46,265 bases of DNA. Source: Eledone cirrhosa. Taxonomy: Eukaryota. Positions within the stretch are counted from its first letter, which is position 1, and the number at the start of each line of letters is the position of its first letter. The stretch covers positions 1-46,265 of the forward strand of contig CAXHJY010000341.1 in assembly GCA_964016885.1 (NCBI GenBank). Reading direction: 5' to 3'. The notes below the pieces were generated by a model. The model ran no database searches. It saw nothing but the letters and a program-made list of their open reading frames with translations, and was not told where the DNA came from. The translations under genes were made by a program, and so were the position numbers. Shown one piece after another: positions 12,103-25,291 of this stretch.

Positions 12103-12394
12103 ATGGACTGCATCATATGTCTACATTTTACTGTCTCTCTTAAGTTACATATCTCTGTGTATATAAGTTTATTTCAAAGTGACTTCAACAAGACCAGTAC
12201 TGTTTCATTCTGATGAGAAATCATTGGGACTTTCTTGTTGATTTCAGGACAGAATGAGACAAGAAAGTCCCAATGATTTCTCATCAGAATGAAACAGTAC
12301 TGGTCTTGTTGAAGTCACTTTGAAATAAACTTATATACACAGAGATATGTAACTTAAGAGAGACAGTAAAATATAGACATATGATGCAGTCCAT
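12103..12394. repeat. Long inverted repeat (136-bp arms, 20-nt spacer)
   Basis: 12103-12238 is the near-perfect reverse complement of 12259-12394. The left arm carries TCATT-CTGATGA-GAAATCA..TGATTTC. Confidence 0.9.
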
Positions 12395-12418
12395 ACTTAT
12401 ATATATATATATATATAA

Positions 12419-12538
<120 letters not shown>

Positions 12539-12592
12539 ATATATATGTGTACACACACACAATCACACACTCAGACACACACACACACACAT

Positions 12593-12657
<65 letters not shown>

Positions 12658-12662
<5 letters not shown>

Positions 12663-13058
12663 GAGTCGGGGCCCCAACAGCTGACCTCTTGCCGTTTCAA
12701 CAAACGTTAATGAAACACACACATACATATATAATTGTTTCTACGTTTGGCACAAGGCCAGCAATTACCCAGTGCATTACTGGTACTTTATTTTCTCGAC
12801 CCCCGTAAGGATGAAAGGCAAAGTTAACCTCGGCGGGAATTGAACTCAGATCGTAAAGGGACGTAGCTATGCTGGAAAGCATGGCGTCCGACCCTCTACC
12901 GATACTGCCAATTCACCGCCACACATACATATATAATGGCCTCAGCCCTCGGGGTCCCAACTCTTTCATATTACCAAGTAATATGAAAGAGTACCCCAAG
13001 TATCGAATACTCTGGTGAGTAATGGTCTATCGGGTTTTTACTACATCCATTCTGATTT
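12658..13058. mobile_element. Diverged family B inverted pair interrupted by a SINE-A
   Basis: TGAAAGAGTCGGGGCCCCAACAGCTGA..GCCGTTTC on the left and CTCAGCCCTCGGGGTCCCAACTCTTTCA...GAATACTCTGGTG on the right. Confidence 0.6.
12736..12920 (-). mobile_element. SINE-A full length with 17-bp TSD
   Basis: ACACATACATATATAAT at 12719-12735 and 12921-12937. Confidence 0.92.
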
Positions 13059-13207
13059 ATATGTATATATATATATGTATATATATATATCTATATATAT
13101 ATATATTATACATGTGTGTGTGTTTTCCTATGTTCATGTATGTGTATATGATTTTAGTCAGGAAAACAAGTAATATGCAGATGTTCGTATACGGTGTCAT
13201 TATTATA

Positions 13208-13260
13208 CCAGTATTACACTGGGGGTTATTGCTGGCCTTGTGCCAAAAGTAGAAACAATT
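13208..13260 (+). mobile_element. SINE-A 3' fragment
   Basis: CCAGTATTACACTGGGGGTTATTGCTGGCCTTGTGCCAAAAGTAGAAAC. Confidence 0.8.
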
Positions 13261-13913
13261 ATTATTGACTAAAAAAAAATCCCCAAGACACCATCCCTAC
13301 CTCCCACACCAACAATGAATTGAATTGTCTACAGTCAATAACTAAAACGTGACCCCACTTTCGTGGGTTTTGTAAGACAATCAACTCCTACGGGCCTTAT
13401 TGGATATCCATAATACTCTAAATATAAATATTTCTATCTTTCGATCATTATTATCGTCGTATCTAGGGGAAGAGTTTCCGTAGAGGAGTGTTTACTAAGA
13501 ACATTCATTTAAATAAAATGAGTCCTTAGTAGAGAAAGGATTGGCAATCACTGCATTAGACAGAGGATATGTACATTGTAATTTCCTTTCCAAAGGGTAT
13601 ATCTGGATAACGGGTATTATATGAAAGACAAACCATTAGCCAAGTTGTTCGAAAGAAAGGAGAGTAAGGGCCGAAGTTCTTCCAGGCGTCGTAGAGAGAT
13701 GGTGTAATAAAGTAGTAAATGGATACAGCAAAGCATCTCGTTTTCTGCTTTAACAATTTCAGCAAATTTACTTCTCTGAATTAGCAATTTAATTTATTTA
13801 AACAGAAAACAAAACAAATAAAAAAATATAGAATGAAGGACAAAATTGATTTCCAATGCAATACTCTAGCGACTCAATTAATTAAGAATAAGATATATAA
13901 CTGTCACTTTATG

Positions 13914-13973
<60 letters not shown>

Positions 13974-14118
13974 TGTGTGTCTCTGTGTGTGTGAGTGTGT
14001 GTGTGTTTATATTTGTATATACATATATATCTATTCATACATGCACGCACGCGTACACGCACTCACGCACACACACACACTTGTATGAATTATCTATCTA
14101 TCTTTTCTCACTCTCCCA

Positions 14119-14203
<85 letters not shown>

Positions 14204-14296
14204 TATGCACACACACACACGTATATATATATACATATATACGTATATATATGTATGTAAGTATATATATGTATATATGTATATATATATATATAT

Positions 14297-14352
<56 letters not shown>

Positions 14353-14497
14353 ACAGAGGCCAGCCGTGGTGGAAGCAACACCATACGTTCGGCCGGCCCA
14401 CTGTATTATGAAAAGAAAATCTTTTTCTAGAAAATTCTTGGATTTTTCCAAATTTAAATATATTTTTAGAAACTTTCAATGTTTATTTTGGGTTTTG

Positions 14498-14555
14498 CTG
14501 TCTGAAGAACATAGGCTATCCTATCTCATAGTCCTCAGTGAAGTATGTATAATGG
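14498..14555 (+). ncRNA. Degenerate hammerhead-like motif
   Basis: CTGT-CTGAAGA-[AC..AGGCTAT..ATAGTCCT..GT]-GAAG-TATGTA-TA-ATGG. GAAA is changed to GAAG and stem I is weak and G-U rich. Confidence 0.45.
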
Positions 14556-14622
14556 ACTTTTAAATAAACCTGAATCAAATGAGTACGGCCTTCGATTTTT
14601 TATTAATATAGATATATACATA

Positions 14623-14994
14623 TATAATAATTAGAGATTGATTAACATATAAATAAACATGAATAATCACAGGAGATAATTTTTACAAGTGTTTAACCAC
14701 ACATAGCTAGGTAGGTAACTAAATAAGGTTGACCAGTGGTTACATACTTGTAATAATTATCTCCTGTGATTATTCATTGGCAGTATCAGTAGAGGGTCGG
14801 ACGCCATGCTTTGTCGGACGCCATCCCTTTACGGATTGAGTTCAAATCCCGCCGAGGTTAACTTTGCCTTTCATCCTTACGGGGTCGATAAAATAAAGTG
14901 CCAGTAATACACTGGGATAATTGCTGGCCTTGTGCCAAAAAGTAGAAACAATTATTCATGTTTTTTATATGTTAATCAATCTCTAGTTATTATA
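14623..14994. repeat. Inverted repeat with a SINE-A inserted in the right arm
   Basis: 14623-14700 pairs with 14737-14777 plus 14951-14994. The SINE is flanked by TSD ATTATTCAT. Confidence 0.8.
14778..14950 (+). mobile_element. SINE-A with internal GTCGGACGCCAT duplication and 9-bp TSD
   Basis: Matches consensus. ATTATTCAT at 14769-14777 and 14951-14959. Confidence 0.9.
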
Positions 14995-15313
14995 AAATGC
15001 TCGGACCTACTCATTAGAATCTTAGAGCTTATTTTACGGCTGATATGGCGCATGTCTTTCTGGCATGACACCCATAATTTTGATTTAGATTAAATTCGTT
15101 TGATTTAGATTAATTTTGGATATAGATATACACATATATATATATCTATATCCAAAATATATATATATATCTATATCCAAAATATATACATATATATATA
15201 TGTAGAAGATGAGTAATATTGTAGAACAATAAAATTATGCAAATATCAGATAAGTACTACACACACACACACACACACACACGCGCACGCACACACACAC
15301 ACAAACACACACG

Positions 15314-15369
<56 letters not shown>

Positions 15370-15377
15370 TAAAAAAA

Positions 15378-15416
<39 letters not shown>

Positions 15417-15735
15417 CTTATACATATATGTATATGCATAATACGCACATACATACACACATAGACATATGTACATGCATATATAATGCATACATAGACA
15501 TATATACATACAGATACATAATGCATACATACATACATACATACATACATACATACATACATACATACGTTTGCGCACTCGGGGAGTTATGAAATATCTA
15601 CTTATGCACGTAGTATGTTCACTGAGATCTGACATAATCACATGCACGAAAGCATTGGTACAAATGCACACATACATATACATACATACGTACATACATA
15701 CGTACATACATACGTACATACATACATACACACAT

Positions 15736-15766
<31 letters not shown>

Positions 15767-15796
15767 CACCGCCGTTATATATTTATACATTCATAT

Positions 15797-15842
<46 letters not shown>

Positions 15843-15956
15843 TAAAATAACAGATTTTACTATATATATATATATTTATATATATATATATATATATATA
15901 AATATATATATATATTTATTAAAATAACAGATTTTACTATATATATATATTTATAT

Positions 15957-15988
<32 letters not shown>

Positions 15989-15989
15989 T

Positions 15990-16020
<31 letters not shown>

Positions 16021-16078
16021 AGATATATACATATATATATACACATACATATATATATGTGTACGCATATATATATAT

Positions 16079-16130
<52 letters not shown>

Positions 16131-16487
16131 TAACCCTAACCCTACGTACATACATAAATCTCAAGAAAAAGACAGGGACTGTAAGTTCATAAGAGTGTCG
16201 TAATATTTATTCAATATGAGAAGAGATCAAATTCTATATAGTCCCCTCCCACACACTGCAGGATTACAGATATTATCGTTTAAGGACTCCCTGCTCCAGG
16301 CCTTCTGTTGACCTGCTCGAAATAGCAGTAACGAAACCTTTATCTATCATACTTTACAGTCTGAGAAAGAAACTACTATTTATAGGACATATTAGATAAT
16401 GTAATAGCAGACAGAAACCCCCTAGAGAATATTAACACGATGGAAAGGTGTTTTCAGAGTCCCGTGGCAATCGAGCGCTACAACAGA

Positions 16488-16564
<77 letters not shown>

Positions 16565-16665
16565 CATACATTCTTGCTGAAATTTGGTACACACGGAAAC
16601 TGTGCAGACATCCTTCGAACTTTCATAAACACTCCAACTTTCGTAAACCCTCACACACATACATA

Positions 16666-16763
<98 letters not shown>

Positions 16764-17095
16764 CCGATGCCTTATTCTGAGACACTCATAAAAACATAAA
16801 AAATAAGTAAATAAAATTTAAAAAATTACTTACTGCGAAAGACGTAGTACAACTGATCAGGTATGGGGGTTCGAATCACGATTGAGTATATATTCCCATC
16901 CGTGCTGATATATCACTATATATATTCTTTTACTGATTTACTTGTTTCAATCTTTTAACTGCGGCCAGGTAGGAGCACCACCTTCGTGGAATTTAGCCGA
17001 TGACTTTGACCACAATCTGGTACTTATTTTAGCAGTCTCTTTTTGTCGAATACACACATTAAATACACACACACACGCACACGCACACACACACA

Positions 17096-17203
<108 letters not shown>

Positions 17204-17311
17204 CTCACACACACACATACACACACACATATATAGATATATATATATATAATAAAAAAACGACGAACACAGATACAAAACCAATTAGTCTTATTAATTT
17301 CATGCTTGGGA

Positions 17312-17366
<55 letters not shown>

Positions 17367-17385
17367 ATATATATATAATTATATA

Positions 17386-17421
<36 letters not shown>

Positions 17422-17466
17422 TATATATATATATATATATATTTAAATACCAGGATAAATTTTCAT

Positions 17467-17524
17467 TTAGTCCAGAATTAGCCGTCGAAACGGCTTGAGC
17501 TCAGCTGTCGGGGTCTTACTGGTT

Positions 17525-17614
<90 letters not shown>

Positions 17615-17689
17615 TATATATATATATATATATATATAGCTGTCGAAACGGCTGGAGCTCAGCCGTCGGGGTCCTGACTCTTTTCCTAT
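17467..17689 (+). mobile_element. Two family B fragments (B1 17467-17529; B2 17638-17689) separated by (TA)n
   Basis: AGTCCAGAATTAGCCGTCGAAACGGCTTGAGCTCAG and GCTGTCGAAACGGCTGGAGCTCAGCCGTCGGGGTCCTGACTC. Confidence 0.8.
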
Positions 17690-17759
17690 ATATATAATAT
17701 ATATATGAATGAAAAATGGCGTGCTCTGTTGTTGCAAATGTGATATAATATATATATAT

Positions 17760-17868
17760 ACGATATTAACAAATGGAAACTATATTTCTAAAACTATGTT
17801 GAGTGCTTTATATCAGTTATAAAAATATTTGCTTGTTGTATCCCAACAATTTAAATAGAACTTTTGCA
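17760..17868 (-). mobile_element. Family H fragment, internally deleted (hammerhead lost)
   Basis: CGATATTAACAAATGGAAACTATATTT...TGTTGAGTGCTTTATATCAGTTATAAAAATATTTGCTTG matches both ends of 31174-31473. Flanked by (TA)n. Confidence 0.7.
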
Positions 17869-17924
17869 TATATATATATATATTATATACACACACACAC
17901 ACACACACATACATATATATATAT

Positions 17925-18035
17925 GCACAACGGGCTTCCGCACAGAGTCACTACCGAAAGTTCCTTGCAGTGGAACTGAACCCGACATCTTGTGACTGCT
18001 AAGTAAACTCCCTAACGATACTGCCATGCCTGCGT
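17925..18035 (-). mobile_element. Head of a third tRNA-derived SINE family (F); other pieces near 6498-6592, 16935-17050, 26860-26960, 28540-28600
   Basis: Reverse strand GCAGGCATGGC..AG..GGGTTCAGTTCCACTGCAAGG shows A/B-box spacing. Confidence 0.55.
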
Positions 18036-18126
18036 CTGTGGAGGAAAAATATATTACAAAAATAAACATAACGTTTTCCCTCTCCATCTTGTTTCACTTG
18101 AAAAAATAGCTTCGTAATCCTTTTCT

Positions 18127-18586
18127 TTTTAATTTCATAATAATTGTTTTTACTTTTGGCACAAGACCAGCAATTATTGCAGTGTATTACTGGTACTTTA
18201 TTTTATCGACCCCGTAAGGATGAAAGGCAAAGTTAATCTTGGCGGGATTTTAATTTCATAATAATTGTTTCTACTTTTGGCACAAGGCCAGCAAATACTC
18301 AGTGCATTACTGGTACTTTATTTTATCGACCCCGTAAGGATGAAAGGCAAAGTTAACCTTGGCGGGATTTTAATTTCATAATAATTGTTTCTACTTTTGG
18401 CACAAGGCCAGCAAATTACCAGTGCATTGCTAGTACTTTATTTTATCGATCCGTAAGGATGGAAGACAAAGTTAACCTCGGTGGGATTTGAACTCAGACT
18501 ATAAAGGACCGTAACTCTATGCTGCAAATCATGGTGTCCGATTCTCTACCAATACTGTGAATCTACCGCCCTTTTAATTTCATAAT
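18127..18586 (-). mobile_element. Tandem trio of SINE-A (two 5'-truncated plus one full) separated by copies of the target site
   Basis: TTTTAATTTCATAAT at 18127, 18248, 18368 and 18572. Confidence 0.9.
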
Positions 18587-18884
18587 GATGATGATCAGTA
18601 ATATTAGCTTTATATGAAGACGCGTGACTAAGTGGTTAGTCGTGAGCTCGATTCCTTGGCCGGGCGGCTCTTTGTGTTCTGGAGCAGAATACTTTATTTC
18701 ACATTGCACATACTGTCAGGCTTTACAACCAGCTGATAATATCAACAAGACCTATAGAAACATTGCTTCCTCCGTCCGATCTAATGATCGGCTCTTTTCT
18801 TTATAATTATAATTATTACATGTATACATATATACATATATACATATATGTATGTACGTGTACATACTTATAATTATTAGTATA

Positions 18885-19000
18885 ATCAAATGTTTATTTC
18901 TTTAGTTTTGTTATAACATTTTACACACAAAAGCCCACACTGTATCGTTCTGTGACGTCTTTAATGTTTGCTTAATGTCAACCCTGTGAGGCTAATAAAG
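18885..19000 (+). mobile_element. Family G 3' UTR fragment
   Basis: TTTTACACACAAAAGCCCACACTGTATCG...CTTTAATGTTT..TGTGAGGCTAATAAAG matches 40890-40972. Confidence 0.6.
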
Positions 19001-19024
19001 TAATTATTATTAATATTGTTATTA

Positions 19025-19181
19025 GGGCGGTGGATTGGCAGTATCGGAAGAGCATCGGACATTACTGCGCTTTACGTTCAAATCCCGCCGAGCTTTGCCT
19101 TTCATCCTTATGGGGTCGATAAAATAAAGTACCAGTAATGCACTGGGCTAATTGCTGACCTTGTGCCAAAAGTAGAAACAA
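19025..19181 (+). mobile_element. SINE-A with internal deletions
   Basis: GGGCGGTGGATTGGCAGTATCGG...GTGCCAAAAGTAGAAAC. Confidence 0.88.
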
Positions 19182-19571
19182 TTATTATTACTATTATTCA
19201 AGGAAGCCACCTGGAATTCGGGTGATCCACAGGAAGTATATAATACTTGATAGTTAAACAGAGATGTGGAGTGATGAGACACGATTTAACTAGTTGATTC
19301 TTAGGTGAGTGAAGGGAGTCGTAAACATTTTTTTTATGTTTAAACATTAATTTAATAATTAAGTGTTTCGTAATAATTATTTACTTAATATACTTATTAT
19401 ATATTATCAAACGTTATATGTCTATTGCATAACATCCTTGTTTTAAATCACGTTTGTGTTATGTTAATTTGATTGTACAGTCCTACATGTGATGTAACCC
19501 CAATATTTATAACCTTTACTGTATTCTATATACAAAACCTAGTGGCTATTAAACCATCACTATTATTATCA

Positions 19572-19983
19572 TCGGCAGTATCAGTAGGGCGTCTGGGAAT
19601 ATGTTTTATGACATAGGGTTATGCCCCTTTACGATATGAGTTCAAATCCTGCCGAGGTTAGCTTTGCCTTTCATCCATATGGAGCCGATCAATTAAAGCA
19701 CCAGTAATGCAGTGGGGTTGATTTACTCGACTTTCCCCTCCCCCAAATTTCTGGCCTTGTGCCTATAGTAGATATCATTATTATTATTACTATACTGGCG
19801 GTGGACTGGCAGTATCGGTAGAGGGTCGGACGCAATGCTTTGACGCATAGAGTTACGGCCCTTGCCATTCTGAGTTCAAATCCCGCCGAGGTTAACTTTG
19901 CCTTTCATCCTTACGGGGTCGATAAAATAAAGTACCAGTAATGCACTGGGTTATTGCTGGCCTTGTGCCAAAAGTAGAAACAA
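19572..19983 (+). mobile_element. Tandem SINE-A pair: long subfamily (19572-19775) and short subfamily (19797-19983)
   Basis: Two heads, two B-boxes and two tails separated by an (ATT)n run. Confidence 0.88.
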
Positions 19984-20132
19984 TTATTATTATTACTATT
20001 ATCATCATCAAACACAGTGAATTGGCGGAGACGCCAATCATACAATTTGTTTTGCCGGATCAACAGCAAAGTACTTATGTTGATTTGATCGATCAACCGC
20101 CTAGTCCCAAATTACTAGAAGTGAACGAATGT

Positions 20133-20189
<57 letters not shown>

Positions 20190-20192
<3 letters not shown>

Positions 20193-20381
20193 GGAACGAG
20201 TAGGACCCCGACGGCTGAGCTCAAGCCGTTTCGACGGCTAATTTAGTCCAGAATTAGCCGTCGAAACGGCTTGAGCTCAGCCGTCGGAGTCCTACTCGTT
20301 CCTATTACCCACTCTACTACCCTAAGTATTGAGTACTTTGGTGCGTTATGGTCCACCTGGTTCCTTACCACATTTCCTTCG

Positions 20382-20383
<2 letters not shown>
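20190..20383 (+). mobile_element. Repeat family B1 with inverted 5' duplication
   Basis: Inverted ATAGGAACGAG...CGGCTAATT joined to the full sense copy AGTCCAGAATTAGCC...TTCCTTCGTTA. Confidence 0.85.
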
Positions 20384-20426
<43 letters not shown>

Positions 20427-20682
20427 GTATATATATATATATATATATATAAATATAGGTATTATATATATATATATATATAATGTCCATGTATGTGTGT
20501 GTGTGTGTGTGCGTGTGTAGAGAGAGCGCGCGAGAGAGAGAGATGTAAGAATATATACGTGTGTATTATATGTATATATGTTAAAATGTAATACATACAT
20601 ACATATAAATATATATACACACGCATATATATCTATATATGTTTTTATATATATATATGTATATGTATGTATATATATACAC

Positions 20683-20739
<57 letters not shown>

Positions 20740-20751
20740 AGGATATATAAT

Positions 20752-20937
20752 TGTTTCTACTTTAGGCACAAGGCCAGCAATTATCCAGTGCATTACTGGT
20801 ACTTTATTTTATCGACCCCGTAAGGATGAAAGGCAAAGTCAACCTCGGCGGGATTTGAACTCAGATCGTAAAGGGACGTAACTATGCTGGAAAGCATGGC
20901 GTCCGACCCTCTACCGATACTGCCAATCCACCGCCCT
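20752..20937 (-). mobile_element. SINE-A full length with 18-bp TSD
   Basis: TATACCAGGATATATAAT at 20734-20751 and 20938-20955. Confidence 0.92.
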
Positions 20938-21237
20938 TATACCAGGATATATAATACTTACGAATGATATATCTTCACATCAAAGATTTTGTCTAGTGTT
21001 ACTGTGTGAATTAATTATGCATTCACGAGAGGCTAAGTGTGAACAGATACACTTCTGTGTTGACACAAGATTCATAATATAATTCCTCATATATAACCAG
21101 CGATAAATACATAGAAAAAGTAGTTGAAAATGTATCTCAACTTCTGTGTCCTATATTTCTAACCGTGTGGGATATATGAAAAAAAAAACAAAAAAAATAC
21201 GTTCGAATAAGTAAATATATATATATGGATATATATT

Positions 21238-21268
<31 letters not shown>

Positions 21269-21321
21269 GTGTGTGTGTGTGTATATGTATATATATATAT
21301 ATGTTGATATATATATATGTT

Positions 21322-21387
<66 letters not shown>

Positions 21388-21393
21388 TATATG

Positions 21394-21460
<67 letters not shown>

Positions 21461-21473
21461 ATATATATATGTA

Positions 21474-21508
<35 letters not shown>

Positions 21509-21533
21509 GTAGATAGATATCTATATAGATATA

Positions 21534-21574
<41 letters not shown>

Positions 21575-21599
21575 GTAGATAGATATCTATATAGATATA

Positions 21600-21723
<124 letters not shown>

Positions 21724-21764
21724 CGAAACATAAGTCAATTGCATGAACTCACAATCCTTTATTT

Positions 21765-21820
21765 ACTGCTATATATATTTCGATCATAGCCATTGAATGG
21801 CTATGACCTCATCAAGCAGT
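21765..21820 (-). ncRNA. Minimal hammerhead ribozyme motif with C3U core variant
   Basis: Reverse complement ACTGC-TTGATGA-GGTCATAGCCAT tca ATGGCTATGATC-GAAA-TATATA-TA-GCAGT. Perfect 5-bp stem I and 12-bp stem II. Confidence 0.8.
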
Positions 21821-21933
21821 TAGTCAGTTCTTAGATATGCCAGCTCTGTGATTATAGTGTTGATGGTATCAGAGCCTTGGGACATATACATATATATATA
21901 TATAAATTATCGTATATATATAATGAGAGAAAC

Positions 21934-21970
<37 letters not shown>

Positions 21971-21995
21971 TATATATATCTAATATAAAGAGAGA

Positions 21996-22118
<123 letters not shown>

Positions 22119-22140
22119 ATACTTTGGGAGGGTCATGTTG

Positions 22141-22321
<181 letters not shown>

Positions 22322-22349
22322 ATATAACAATATGTATGTATGGTTAACA

Positions 22350-24100
22350 AGTCGAAACGGCAAGGCTGCTAAGGCGTTGGATTAAAAAAAAATCTCGCCA
22401 TTTTTTCTGACTCACTGTCTTCTGAGTTCAATTTCTGCTGAAGTCCACTTTGCCTTTCTTTCGAGGTCATTAAGTAAAATACCAGTTAATTCTTAGGGAT
22501 GGTATTTCCTGTCTCAGTCTATTTCAGTCTTTATTTAACAGGAAGAAATCTGCTGCGTTTCAGCTTCGACAGGGATGAGCTCCACCAACGTTTTAATGCC
22601 CATGACACCATCAAGTGTTAAGGACCAGACAAAATTTACAATATGGTATACGTGACCTACATTTTCGTAAACATTTAGTGACTTTTGCACACAAATATTT
22701 ATGCATACACGCATATATTTATACCTAGATATATGTATAAACGTCTATGCGTGTGTATGAGATGAATGCATGTCTGTTATATATATATATGTGTGTGTGT
22801 AAAAGGTAAACAGAAATAACAACATAATCGGTACAGTATATGGAAGGAATATATTAGGTTAACGCTTGATATAGCAGGAAGAGGGTCTTAACGTTTCGGA
22901 CGCTAGTCCTTCAGGTGAAGAAAGAGTGAGAAATAAAATAGATTGAGGGGACGGGCGGGATGGAATTGGAAAAAATATCTTTAGATAAAAATAACAGGTC
23001 CATTCATATTGACATCTCTTGCAAAATATATATTTATAATGTGTGTGTGTACATACTTACACACACACACACACAATTTGCGGTGTGGCAAGTCGATTAA
23101 ACCAACCTCAGAATTTAACTGGTACTTTATTTTATCGACTCCGGAAGGATGAAAGGTAAAGATTACCTCGGCGGAATTTGAACACAGAACATATAGATCG
23201 GTAACTAAATGTCACACAGCGCTTTGTCTGAAATCTAATATTATCTGATATATAATAGGGAGCTTACACTTCAAGATTTGAATTGAAATTTGAATATTTT
23301 AATAGAAGTTATTTCTAAGAGGTTGGCTGTGTACATAGTTAAAATGGTTTGGTATGATCAGAAGTAGATATGGCTGCTATTTCACGTTGATCGTGCAATC
23401 ATGCACACACTCATTCTCTCTTTTTCCTAACTGGGAAATATTTTAACATTGATCATAAACATTTGTAGACGATAATTATCAACCTCTTAGTAATGCTGTT
23501 TCGAACCTCTTGAGAATTTTGCCAACAACCTGGGGCTGTTTATAGAGTAGAAAGGGAAGGATAGGAGTGGACTATCTGATTGAACCAAGGAAATTATGTT
23601 TCTATTGGTCATTCAATTGGTGTTATTATCTGCCGGTTGCAGCCCCTAGCACTAGCATCATTGATTTTTCGATGACAGAATGTTTTGAACTCAGAAAGCG
23701 CAGAGCTGGAATAGATATTGTAAAGCATTCTATCCAATTCTTGAATAATTCCAGTAACTCACCAATTGTGGAATGCTGGTATTTTACTTATTGATCCACG
23801 AAAAGATGGAAGTTAAAGCTAACCTCAGCGGGATATAAACTAAGATCGCTGACAGCCGAAACAAATAACGATGTGTTTAATCCAACGCTGTAACGACTCT
23901 GTCAATTCACTTGTTGAATAGACAGTGGGAAAACTCATTCAGATAAACGGCGATTTTAGTGGAAACCGCTAAGGAAAGAGGTACTTATTTGATAGGTTCA
24001 AGCATGGGAGGAAGAAAATCGATGTAATCACATTGGGACTCCGAATGTAAATGAACAGAGATATATATTTGAAAGGAATTTAGTCCAAAGCTGACATTTG
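22350..24100. mobile_element. Cluster of old degenerate SINE-A-related copies (approx. 22350-22500 +, 23075-23235 -, 23590-23910 -, 23960-24100 -)
   Basis: Recurrent GAGTTCAA/TTGAACTC B-box and GGTACTTTATTTTATCGAC / GGATGAAAGG motifs with many substitutions. Boundaries are approximate. Confidence 0.6.
22799..23009 (-). mobile_element. Repeat family C (probable Penelope-like terminus), hammerhead core mutated
   Basis: High identity to 42838-43037, but TCATCAG is replaced by TCAGGTG at 22911-22917. Confidence 0.75.
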
Positions 24101-24220
24101 GTTTGTCGGAACACCTGCCACCCACCCCCTCCCTTCCCAGCTGGCCAGGTGTAACAGATTATGAAAGTGAGTATTTTATATGTTGATCAGATGTGTTTAG
24201 TTAAATCTCTCTATTAACCT

Positions 24221-24790
24221 GTGGTAGATCTGGAAAGAGTTGGGATCATCGTCTTTACATTTGCGTGCTCCATCGCCAATCGCTTCAGCGCTCTGGCCGA
24301 AGGAGAGACCGACAACTGGGAAATATTTAAATCAAGCATCAAGTTCTCTGCACGTGACGTCCTGGCAAACACAAGACCTCTTCCCAAACGGCCCTGGATT
24401 TCACTGAAGACGTTGAAGATAATTAACTGTCATCGCGGCGACACGAATGAGTACCGCTGGCTCAACCGGATTTGCAATAAAGCCATCACGGAAGACCAGG
24501 AAAAATTTGGGGTGGGTCAAGCTAAGCGCCTGGAGACAGGGCTTTACTTATTTTCGATATAGCAGCTACAGGCTGGAAGAAGCCTCGCGGCAGTCTCCGC
24601 ACCAGATGGCTGGATATTATCAAGGAAGATCTCCAGAGCTCGACGTTACCTTGAAGGATGCAGAGGGGTTGGCACGCGACCACCAGCGATGGAGGGCACT
24701 GCTATATCTGCTCAGGTCTAGGCATAATTATGTCTCAGCGAATGCTAACCAAGGATGACCCCCAGTCTCATGAAGCAAGAGCAAGAAGGA
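24221..24790 (+). pseudogene. Internally deleted RTE-like LINE remnant
   Basis: IANRFSAL..WEIFK..KRPWISLKT..EYRWLNR..AKRLE (APE-RT linker) is joined at ~24540 to GWKKPRGSLRTRWLDIIKEDL / AEGLARDHQRWRALL (C-terminus, frameshifted). RT core is absent. Confidence 0.75.
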
Positions 24791-25117
24791 GAGGAAGATT
24801 CGGAGAGACAGGGTGAGAAAGGTAAGGAGAAACGGTGGTGGGAAGAGGGAGTAAATTGAATGGTGGGAGAAAGAGAGAGAGAGAGTGAGAGAGAGAGCGA
24901 CAGGGGGATTGTGCGCGAGCGCGCGCGCGTGTGTGTGTGTGAGTGATTGAGGATGTGTGGGAGATTGGGAGGAAAGAATGTGTGAGTGATAAGGATAGAG
25001 AAAGTGAGAAAATGAGAGAGTGATAAAGACAGAGAGAGGGTGGGAAGAAAGATTGGAAGATTGAGAAAGAAAGAGAAAGTGTTGGGTACATTTGAAAATA
25101 ATTAAGGAATAATTAAT

Positions 25118-25291
25118 TGTTTCTACTTTAGGCACAAGGCCAGAAATTCCCCAGTGCATTACTGGTACTTTATTTTATCGACCCCGTAAGGATGAAAGGC
25201 AAAGTCAACCTCGGGATTTGAACTCAGATCGTAAAGGGACGTAACTATGCTGGAAAGCATGGCGTCTACCGATACTGCCAATCCACCACCC
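25118..25291 (-). mobile_element. SINE-A with small deletions and imperfect TSD
   Basis: TTAAGGAAT(T)AATTAAT on both flanks. Confidence 0.9.

Noticed and set aside
13520-13735. Possible degenerate LINE C-terminal coding remnant
   Set aside because: Multiple stops and only vague motif resemblance, so it cannot be supported without a search.
20271-20483. Recurrent peptide [37 protein letters not shown] (also at 11443 and 29337)
   Set aside because: Non-ATG start, runs into (TA)n, and simply reflects repeat family B.
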